A stretch of DNA of 64,000 bases, from positions 14,516,655 through 14,580,654 of the forward strand of contig NC_134033.1 in NCBI RefSeq assembly GCF_964204645.1, in the 5' to 3' direction. The translations under genes were made by a program, and so were the position numbers. Source of the DNA: Tubulanus polymorphus. Its lineage: Eukaryota > Animalia > Nemertea. The notes under the pieces are model-generated. The model made no database searches. It was not told the origin of the DNA and saw only the letters and a program-made list of their open reading frames with translations. Position 1 is the stretch's first letter. Each line of letters opens with the position of its first letter. Positions 12,739 through 23,978 of the stretch are shown in pieces.

Positions 12739-15700
12739 ATGTCGTCCAACACGGCTGATCCGATGGATAATCGTAATGCAACTAGTCGTACGTCTATCAG
12801 CGTAACGCTTCCCCCGGTAGAGACAGTACCATCGAATATATCACCTTCATCACAACAACAACAACAACAACAACAACGTTCTCCTACAGCGACGACTCTA
12901 CAGAAAACAACCAGTTTCCTGCTGTCAAATACCGAGTACGTTGAAACTCGTAAATGAGTCCAGTTTCATGAAAAAGTTGAATTTTTCAGCCTACTTTCTA
13001 TCTTTACAACTTCATGTTTTCGACGTGGACAACAACAACCCGAACTAAACCGTTTTCAGCTTAACAGGGACGGTTCCCGGGGTAGACATCGATAGGGGCA
13101 CAAAAATAAATGAAAAGGTCATATAAAACTGATAAAGGGTGTGTGTACCCAGGTTACCCTGACAATAATTAGTTACCTAATCGTCGGTAGTAAGCTTTTT
13201 ATTATCGGTTGGGCTTATACGTTGTGGTTTGTGAAAATATCCGATCGTGAAACTAAACCACAGACAGGTTACTGACTACTAAGACAAGGGTCTGGAAATT
13301 TAAAATTTCACTGGATTTTCATACAATTTTTAGGTACTTTTGGGACATTATGGAGAATATAAACTAAATCTTGCTCTGCAGGCTGCTGTCTTATTAGTTA
13401 CCACTGGAAAAAGTGCGCTGAAAGATATTGCCAAAATTGTGAAGCTTAAACTTTCATGGAATAGGACCAGTTGCCAAAAATCTGCTGAAATTTTCTTCGT
13501 AAAGATTAATTTTTGCTTCGTTTTTTGTGTCATTGTAGAGTGTCTCATATCATAGCAGTGCGTATGATTGAAAGAGCATGGATTTCGTTCAGAGATCGAC
13601 AAATGTTTAATCTAGTCAAACACGCCATCTGCGCCGCGGTAAGTTCATCTGCCCCCCTGAGAAAAATGGATCGGTTGATCAAAAATTGGAAGAAATCTGA
13701 TCGAGTATCGAATGTATGGGGTGTGTTAGGTCCAGATTGCAGATTGCTGCATTCACCAAATGGAGTGGATACTGAAAGGGTTAACATTTCTACAAGTATC
13801 CCCGGGACTCATGAGTTCCTTAGCCTAGTTGCACAGTCGGGACTTAAAGTATAAAAGTGGTCTTCTAATCTACTTAATATTGGTCTTAAGTTGTTAGATT
13901 GGCTAAAGAACTATAATGATCTTTGACTGGTCTTAATTTTTGGATTGGTTAATGAACCAAAATGATCTTAGACTGGTCTTAATTGTTTAGATCGGTTATA
14001 GATCCAAAATGAGAATAGACTGGTATTAAGTTGTTAGATTGGTTATAAAACCAAAATGAGTTAAGACTGGTCTCAAGTTGTTAGAATGGCTATGGAACCA
14101 AACTGCGCTTAGACTGGACTTATATTCTAAGATTGGTTTTAGAAGTTAGACTTGGTCTTGTCTCAAATCTAAGCGGTGACTGGGTCCTTTGAAACTACAA
14201 GTAACTATAATAGTGTATCATCTATTGATTATTGCATCTTTAGGAACATTCGCTGTCGTATGAAATTCTGCGTAAAATCAGCCCGAAAGAGTCGGAATTC
14301 TGTCGCGATCGCAGCACGCAACTGAAAGTACGCTTTCGATTCGGCGGCCGAGAATTTCCGCCCGAGATTTACTTCAAACTCTACACGGATTCGCAGAACG
14401 GAACGAACGTGAATTACATCAGCGGAAAACGATTTATTAAACCGGCTTCGCAGGTGAGCAGTTTACAGTCACAGACTCGATACAGAAAATAGGATCGTTT
14501 TGACGAGAACTACCGGTTACTATACAATACATGTACAAATGTATCAATACATCATTCAAGGGGGGTTGAAATACACCCTGCATCCACAATATTGATAGTA
14601 GACATTTAATCACAGGAGTTCTTCTAATTTCTGATCTTCCATGGACTTCACATTGAGATATTTTTTTTTTAAATTGGAATAAAATGAACTACAAATACCA
14701 GATAGGCCTATTAGATATTCTATCAGCACGCTGTCAACAACTGATTGTCCACACTACAAACACCGGGCATTTGAAATTTTATCAGCACATTCAAAAACTG
14801 GTCATCCACACTTCACATGTGTTCAGCGCTTCACCTGAGACATTCTTAATTGAAAATGAAGTAAAATCACCAGACATTAGACATTTTATCAGCTCACTTT
14901 CAGAAATTGATCGTCCACACTTCACTTCACCTGAGACATTCTTAGTTGAAAATGAACTAAAATCACCGGGCATTTGACATTTTATCAGCACATTTAAAAA
15001 CGGATTCACGCTTCACATGTTCAATGCTTCCCCTGAGACATTTTTACCTAAAAGAATAACACTAACTATAACATCTAATAATAAACACCGGATATTGTAC
15101 TGATTTGTACGGATTGTTATTTGCGACAGGCTGCCAGGGACGCTTGCGATCTGATGGGAAACCGAAAGTTCTACGAGTTAATTTTACAAGACGCCGTTCA
15201 CCACGAACAGTTTAAAATCACCGATGAAATCGACGTCACTACGATGAAGGATTACATGCAGTATCTCAGTCATTTAGACGAAACTCCGGCCGACCGCGGC
15301 GGTAAAGATAACTCGTGGAGGAAACTTACACTGGCAGGTGAGTCCTGGCAATCTTGAGATTAAGAGCCACAGAATGATGGGAGAAGAGACTGCAATAGCT
15401 ACTGAGTCCCCACTACTCCTTGATTCGTTAAAAACTCCTGAACTAATATGCCTTTAAAGATGCTTGAAACTATTTTGATTTGAGCCAAATTCCCAAAAAT
15501 TCCTTAGATTTTGAGAAATACATGTAGGCAATTAAAAAATTTTGTAGTTGTACAGCAAATTACGCCTAAATCGGTAGAGTTGGGGCCAGGATTTTCTTTA
15601 CCCTTAGGCGGTGGCCAAATTAGAAACCTAGTTTAGTAGTGTAAAAGATGATAATTGCTTACAAAATTCCGAATTAATGGTTTCACCATGATACGGCACA

Positions 15701-16935
15701 TTTTATGGTCTCTTGTAATGGGAAATATGAAAATGATGCAGACGACATTGCCTCGAAATTTTACAATATCTCCTTTAAAACTCCTTATTTCCGGGAATAA
15801 CCGATCCTGTCTGGACCCTGAAGCAGCTCAATATATTTCTTCTCTGTTTCAGTTTTACCCCGGACGACAATTTTCTACGATATAATCGACTTCATTTACG
15901 GTCGCAATCTAAGCCCGAGACTGCGCGATAGCTTGCCAGTGCTGCTTTCGCGCCCGGTCACTCAGGACGTTCAACTGCAGCACATCGACGTGATGTCTCG
16001 ATTACAGTCACCGCCGCTCGCTCCGATGCCGACGCCGAGACACGCGGCGGGACGTCATCGCGATAAGAATCCATCGGCGGGTGGACGCAGGTCGAAACAA
16101 GCCCGCATTAGAGCTCTGAAAATGAAGAAGATTTATACTAAACAGGAGGTGAGTTTGTGTGTGTTCATAAATCACACTGAAAAATGTGATTCAAACCCTA
16201 AAATCGTGCAGGTTTCTGCAGGTCTTTACCCCACCCTTCAGACAATCTGCTGTCTAGACCCACCCCCTATGCTCCCTCTGACAATCTGCTGTCTACTCTG
16301 ACAATCCGTTGTCTGTACCCAGTCCTAACTTCACTCTTTTTTCCACTGTTTCATTTGGACTTCTCCTTAAGTTTTCGCCTATGTGTCATATGTATACTGT
16401 TGTCCCAGTCCTAACTTGTCGCACAATCTGCTGTCTATACCTACCCCCCAGACAATCTGTTGTCTGTACCCTGCATCCCCTCAGACAATCTGTTGTCTAT
16501 ACCCTGCACCCCCTCAGACAATCTGCTATCTGTGCCCTGCAGCCCCTCAGACAATCTGCTTGGACAATCCACTGTCTCTGCCAAACCTCTTGGACAAAAT
16601 CAGATTGTCCAGACTTCTACCATCAAAGGCTGATTGTCTTGATGCGGATACGGGCAGCTGATTGATACCATACCTTCATCAACTGAAATAATGACTCAGC
16701 GTAAACCGAATTGGAATTTCTCACGGAATTACTCGATCGATTACAGGTTGATGAAACAGAGCCGGATGAGGACAGGATGCCCGAGAACACGTTCCTCACC
16801 GAGGATATGAATTACGACGATGACGACGATGAAGTGTGGGAAGAGGAGGCTCATCGTTTATACGAGTGGTCGAGAGATTTAACATTCGATGATTTAAAAA
16901 CACCGAGAATGCCTTCATACTCCGTGATAGACTGA
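12739..16935 (+). CDS. CXorf58: CXorf58-like uncharacterised protein (IQ-like motif), spliced
   Basis: Exons 12739-12935, 13539-13638, 14244-14453, 15130-15337, 15853-16148, 16747-16935. Translation includes MIERAWISFRDRQMFNLVKHAICAAEHS, KVRFRFGGREFPPEIYFK, DACDLMGNRKFY, FKITDEIDVTTMKDYMQY, GGKDNSWRKL and GRRSKQA, matching the CXorf58 family from memory. Confidence 0.85.
14680..15050 (+). repeat. Dispersed ~105-110 bp satellite-like repeat (short tandem arrays)
   Basis: Unit AATTGAAAATGAACTACAAACACCAGACATTAGACATTTTATCAGC...TCCACACTTCACATGTGTTCAG...CTGAGACATT. Also at ~10230-10345, 17175-17440, 19090-19400 and 55350-55650, and reversed at 24570-24830, 48130-48260, 50920-51090 and 58060-58290. 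Confidence 0.85.
16235..16570 (+). repeat. ~33-bp minisatellite (CAGACAATCTG[C/T]TGTCT...CCCCT) in last CXorf58-like intron
   Basis: Direct repeats explain the repetitive ORFs 16309-16665 and 16383-16661. Confidence 0.8.
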
Positions 16936-19862
16936 GAGAACCTTCATACTCCGTGATAGACTGAGAGAATGCCTTCATACTCCGCGATAGACTGAAATAT
17001 TGTGAAATTATCACTCACTGTAGCCGTCCTTGAATTGATTAATTCATGGGATGTGTAAATAATTAGTTGCTGAATAGAATTGCTGTTTTCATTTTAGACT
17101 TGTCTGGTTTTCTTTTCCGAGTCTCTGGGATTGCTCCTGTAACCATTTTTTTCCTATCATCGATCGCAACGCATTTTTAATTGAAAATGAACTACACAAA
17201 CACCAGATATGAGAGATTTTATCAGCTCGCAAAAATGACCGTCCACATGAGCTCTGTGCTGATGACAAAGTGAACTACAAACACTGGACGAGACATTTCA
17301 TCAGCATACTTTCAAAAAGTGATCATCCACACTTCACATTTGTTCAGAACTTCACCGGAGACATTTCTTGAAAATGATGAACTACAAACACAATATATTA
17401 GACATTTTGTCAGCATGCTTTCGAAAAAGTGGATGTCTGAATGTTCCAGGCTGCAGTAAAGATACAGTAGACTGTGCTTGCCTCCGATCTTGTGGGTCCA
17501 GTAAATTTTCAAGGCAAACGAACTTGAGGTTTTTGCAGCGGATATAGAATTACTTTCACTGGATTGAGACCGGTGGAGAATCCTAGTCAGCATCGGTGAT
17601 GTCATAGGGGGAACGAGACAAACAATAACTAATCTAACTCATTAATCATTTCAGTTTCAAGTTTCTTTAATCTTTTTCTTCATATTTACTAAACACGTAC
17701 GTACAATGTAGATATATCTATACGAAAAGTAAACAAATTGAATGATGTTTCATACACATTAATATTATTATTATTATAATTATTATTGATCAACCTCTAC
17801 AACCGAAAAACAGATAAAAATAGAAGAAGACACCATCATGAATCATACTGGGTACAAACATCATAGTTAGGCTAAAATAAAATGATACCTTGTTTCTTCG
17901 CAGTGGCCGGGCCACTTGTAAACTGCAATAAAATTTGTAATCAGTTCATTTCTGCCGAACCTGCAATGGCTAGTTTGAACATGATTTTTTAAAAAGTTAT
18001 GTACAGGGTTCGGTCAACTTATAGGCTCAATAGAAATGAGAAACAAGGTATCATTTGGCCTTACGTGTATATAAAAATGCACAATTTCTCGGATAGAAAT
18101 ACCTCAATTTACCCTATATTGTTTTAAACTTGACCAGGAATGACAGAATAAAATCGGCTTCAACGGATTATGTTACAAAGTCGGCCTTTCAAGAAAAGAT
18201 CTCCGCCTTCTGAATTACTATATGTACAGTAATAACAAACTCGGATATAGCGATTTATCGGTAATTACAAACCTAGAACTTCGTCTCTGACGGGAAAATT
18301 ATAATACGTTTAACCTAGCGTAGATGGGATCGGCAAAAGTCGGATAATCGCTTATATCGGATGAATATCGGTGGTCCCGATTTTTATCTTCTCTTTTACT
18401 AAGAAATTCATATTCCAAAATCGAATTTTATAAGTCGGAAACTCGTAGTACTTTTCTTGGTCCGAAAAAAGATATTTTCTTCCTATTCCAGTTCGATTTC
18501 TTCCCGGTTCCTGACTTGAAATTCTCAATTCGTAGTTTTCGGAAAAAAGCCGGAAATGCGTATCATTCAAAGTCGGATGATTTCTCTTGGTTCCAAAAGA
18601 TCCGACTTACGCAAGGTTTACAGTTATTTCATCATAATGAATAACGAACTATCGGTATAACAAAAATATTTTCTGGTCCCTTGAAGTTCGTTTCGAAATT
18701 CCGCAGTAACTATCATTTATAAAGGAACAGATTTGTTGACCCAAAAGTTTCAAGTAAGTAGTGAGCTCTTTTCCTTTCTGGCAAGGCCTGCATTTACAAC
18801 ATCATAAGGAATGTAAAACACATGTCATCAGAAACACAATATATACCTATATGTAAATATTCAAGGAATGAAAAAATCTCCACAAAACAGTTTTTTGTTT
18901 CTTGACCATAAATGGGTCAATATTACTATAAAAATATTGTTTAAAAAGATAGATTGATAGCACAGGGCTGTAGTAGAGTTACGTACGTACATATACAAAC
19001 AGTATGTCTTTCACCCGGAGAAAATAGTCAACGTTTGTTCTAATGCATATATCAGCCTGGACCCTGCACGACCCTCAGACATTGTATCAGCATATACATT
19101 CAAAAACTGATCTTCCACACTTCTTATGTACTCAGAACTTCACCTGGGACATTTTGAATTGACACTGAACTACAAACACCAGACATTAGACATTTTATCA
19201 GCTCACTTTCAAAACCTGATCCTCCACACTTCATATGTACTCAGACAGTACAGCGCTTCACCCGGGATAGCTCACTTTCAAATATAGATGGTCCACACTT
19301 CGCATGTGTTGAGCACTTCACCCGAGACGTTTTTAATTAAAAATGATCTACGAACACCAGACGTTAGATATTTGATCGGAGAGCACTATCAGAAATTTAT
19401 CGTTCAAACTTGATAATAGAATGGCGTGAACGTGTGAACGTGGAGCAGGTTCCAGACTGCAGACGGAAACAGCGGCATTAATTAAATTATTCCCTTTCCA
19501 GTAGTAGACACACCTTGCAGGAATTCAAATCTGATGGCACCAGGTACGAATCCTTACCTCAGAAGACCGGACAAATAATGCCGTGTATGATAAATACCCT
19601 CAACCAAACACCGTACAATCAATTAAGAATGACATTTTCGCATGATTTTTGTTGTTGTTGTTGTTTTAAAGTTCTACAGATAAATGCATTAATATTCGTC
19701 CAATTCCGCATCGCGATATTCCTTCATTAAACAAATCGATACATATATCTCGAATCTGGCCGCATTTCTCGAGGTCCAGCTCACGCACGCGCTAAAACAC
19801 AACAGATCTGCACTCGTATAGGAAAAAAATAGCGTCCGCCGCATTGTCATCGTCGTCGTCTC

Positions 19863-22800
19863 TCAGGACGATTGCGGACTCTTGTTGGAATCGGACGTCA
19901 CGTTCAACGCGTCGTCGACCAGTATAACGTCTTTGTGAGCCAGTTCGAAGTGATTATTCAGTTGATACCGACGCGAGAAGCCCTTGCCGCACTCCGGACA
20001 CTGGAACGGCCGTTCACCTGCGCAAAAAAAAAACGAAACACGAATAACGAATTGAAACTGTTCAAACCGGGGGCTACAGTTGCTTAAAAGTTGGTGAAAG
20101 ATAACCGGCGAATAAATACCGTATAAACAATGAACTTTTAATCATCACTACATCAACTATCCACTGGTTAACTCAAACCAACTTTTCTGCAATTGGCCCT
20201 ATAAGTTTCCAATGATGAAACCCCTCAAAATTCTCGCCCTGTTCGTGACCCAGCGCGAGAAGATCATCCGAGGCAAGACACAAATACTGTAGCCGATAAG
20301 GGGCTGTGTATAAAGTATGTACGCTTGACTTCCGGGTATTTTTAACCCCCTCCCCTAATGTACGATTTTTCATAACCCCCCCTTGCGTACATACTTTTCT
20401 GATTGACCCCCCTTCCCGTACGAGGGAATTTTTCAGGATCCACGGCCCCTAAAGACGGTAAAACTACGGAATTCATTTTGATTCGTTGCCTGTAACGTAC
20501 CTGTATGAATTTGTTTATGCCGGTTTAAACTGGAAGCTTGCGTGAATGTTTTATTACAGATCGGACATTCGAACGGTCGATTCAAAGCGTGTGATTTCAT
20601 GTGAGCGTATAAACTATTTGCGCTTTCGAATATACGGCCGCATTCTAAACAATTATTCATTAACATCGACGGGTCTCCTCCTGCAACAAAATCATCAATA
20701 CATCGTTTATATTAATCGTTCGATAACTGAAGACCGTGGTGGTCTTAGAGAGAGAGAGAGAGTGATTCAAACTGTCAGTCACTGGGCTTTCATCAATTCA
20801 GGGTTTATGGGTTCAAATCCTGGTAGGGATATAAGGAGTTTTCAAGGAGTTTTGAAGGAGAAAACTTCAAATTTCGAGTAAGTGTCTGCATCACTTTGAT
20901 ACTCTAATTACGGGTAAACCGTTAACTCATCGTTTTTGTATTAAGCAAATTTCTATCCTTTACACAACCTAAACTTGGTTTCTAATTCGGTAACCTCCTT
21001 GGGTAAAAAAAAATCCTGGTCCCAACTCTACCGATCTAGTTTACTGTACAACTACAAACTAGACAAAAATGTCTAATTTCAAAATTGAAGGAGTTTTAAA
21101 GGAGTTTTTGGCGTTTTGTTCAAGTTAAAGGAGTTATAAACACCTTCAAAAGCATTTTTCCATTTAAGAGTTTTTCAGGAATCAAGAAGTCGTAGGGATC
21201 ATGTAATTAAGTCCTTTGTGTTGCCCAGCAGGTTGAGGGGTGATCGTAAGTAATCTTCGGGGGGATTTTGAAGTGAAGTTAAAATACCGAAATATACCTA
21301 TTTGATTCGAATAATCCATCGATTCATTTCCGTTTAGATCCGATTCGCTCATGTTCAACATCGCTTTAATCACATCCGATTCTTTAAAAATATCCTCTTC
21401 CTTCACGACGACCGGCGTCGCTGCTGCCAGCGCCTCCTGCTGGACGACCGACGAATTACTTGTCTCCGCGACGACTAAGCCCGACTCGTCGGAATGTTGC
21501 GACGTCGAATCGTCGGCCGGTATCGACGACTCGTCCTCCGCGGCCGCCGCCGGTTCGAGGTCGTCGCGCGGCTCCTCGGATCGGCGGTCGAGCTCGTCGG
21601 CGCACGTACGAACGCTCGATGCGATTATTTTCAGATTGTCGACGCCGGAATCGGACGAGTGAACGACGCTCGGCGAACTGTCGCCTTGGTAACCGCCGTC
21701 CAGCTCGATCAGCTCGTCGGTTACGTAATACTGCTGATTGGTCGACGTTCGCTGCGGTATTTGCGATTTCCGGCGACGTTTAAACGCCGGCGTCGTCGTA
21801 TCCGTGGCGACCCCGCGCTGCACGTTCTGAACCGGGCGTCTATTGTTATCCTGTACGGGCGGCGGAGTTGTTTTAGGCGTTCGAACGATGACGGCACTTT
21901 TAGATTTATTCGGAATGTTGTTGCTGTTGTTGTTGTTGGAACGTTTGCGATTCGATCGATTCATCGAATTCGTACCGAAATCATTCGAATATTGATCGAA
22001 CATACCTGAAAATATTCGACACCGATTTACGACACGAACAATTCGGGATGGCTCCGAAAGTGAGATAAGGGTGCCTCCAGATTACTGACTCAACCACAGT
22101 ACAACTGACTAAACCATAGTTTCATACTCTGGCTACTGACTATAGTCTACAGCCTAGTTACTGACTAAACTGCAGACAAGTAAGTGACTAAACCGCGGTC
22201 AAATTAGTGACTGGACCGCAGTTCATTTAGACTTAATTACAATCTGGTTACTGATCGACCTGTAGAGAAACTACTGACTAGTCCACAGTCCAGTTATTGA
22301 CTAAACCAACCATAGTCTGGTTACTGAATTAACTAGTTACTGATTGAACCATATAGTCCAGCTACTGACAGGTCCAGTCTTGATACTAAACCGTAGTCTG
22401 GTTAATGACTAGTCCACGTAGTCCGGTAACTGACCAAACCACACTAGTGCGGTAAATGACTAACTGACTAAATAAAAAACGTACCATTATTTTTATGATA
22501 TTGTTGTCTCTGATATTGCCAGCGTAACCAGGTAACCTCATCAGCCATTACGACTATCCGATCCAACAGATCAATGTTATTAGTTAAGCCCGTTATATAA
22601 AACTCTTCTGGAATGTCTGAAAGATAGAAACAATCGATAATCTAATTACGAAACTCTGACGAACCACACTTATACAGATAGTTAACAGTTTACAGTGGCT
22701 ACAGTCGCGACCGCTGATACCGATCCTTAACAACGGCCAATTGTTAGAAATCTGAACTTTTTAGGCGATAGATAAAGAATATTAATACAAAGTATTTCTG

Positions 22801-23154
22801 TGATATTTAGAATCCTTTGAATTTATTTCCACTTTAAACTTTGCGCCATTCTCGCGAGAACCCAGAAATAAAATCCAATTCCAAGCCCATCATCAAGGAA
22901 ACCATGTGTGGCGTGCCTGTGTGGTAATCCAGTACTACAGCGGCCTTGATTAGCAGAAATCATAAATTTGTTTCGTCCTAAGGAAAGTGGGTAATGTTTT
23001 AAATGACCTCACGGACGTAGGGTGTTGTGTGTGGAGTAAGAGACGAGTAGAGAAAATCGTTTTGAAAAGGCCTGTTCTTTTCCTTCTTGTTTCCCTCTCC
23101 CCTCCGACCCAAACTGAGATCTATAACGTTTCTCAACTTACCTATGATGACCAT
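19863..23154 (-). CDS. C2H2 zinc-finger protein (3 C-terminal fingers, long disordered middle), spliced
   Basis: Exons (-): 23154-23142 (ATG GTC ATC ATA G|GTAAGT), 22616-22485, 22005-21298, 20680-20501 (CLECGRIF...HMKSH; CPICNKTF...HKQIH), 20017-19863 (completes the TGERPF linker; CPECGKGF...HFELAH; TGA). All introns are phase 1 and GT-AG. Confidence 0.88.
22080..22475 (+). repeat. Degenerate ~25-bp minisatellite (GTTACTGACTAAACCACAGTC) filling a zinc-finger gene intron
   Basis: More than 12 recognisable TACTGACTAAACC-like units. Confidence 0.75.
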
Positions 23155-23978
23155 ATTGTGTTCTAAGCTACGAATCTAAATCTAAAACGAAACTATGTCT
23201 AATATCTATGGGAATAATCACGATTTATTGAGAAAAATTCCTCGATTTCGCACACGATCAAAACATTTCCGGGGTGGTACGGGTTGAATGCAATGAGGCA
23301 TAGGTTGAATTCGCCAAAGGTCTACTATTAGGTTCGAATCCCATATTATCGTGACATTATTTCGGGACAAATCTCCTAGCATACGAATATATACGTTGTT
23401 TACATATACAACACAATACAATCGGTTTACTAAGTTCTTAGTTTGGCAATAGAACTAAGAATTTATTCCTTTACTAGCGCACCACAGTTTGTTACTTACT
23501 GAGTGCTTGGCAAAGCTCCAGAACACTCTCAAGAATGCGAGGGTGGAGACGAGTATGAAATGAATAAATCAATGAATAAATGTTTGTTGTCAGTGATTTT
23601 TTATTTACAAAGGAAACTTTCAGTTTCTCACATGAAAATTATTGGTAAAAATCTGAATCCTAGTTTAAAAAGCTATCAACGATAAACAGTCAGGGAATTA
23701 CTTGTTTTTAATTAAGCCCAAACCATGATTATGTGCCACTCTACATATTTACTTAAGATTTAAGACCACTTTCAGCTGTCACTCAACGAAAGTGGTCTTA
23801 AATCCGGTCTTAGACTGGTCTTGAATATAAGCCATGATAAGGGAACTGACCACAAGAATTCCGAATTTAGATTTCAAACTGGGAATGGCAGATAATTAAG
23901 GATTTATTGCTTGATCCTTCCCTCAACGAATCCTCAAAAATTTAATAGCGCTTCGAACATCTCTAGCAAGAGGTGGTT

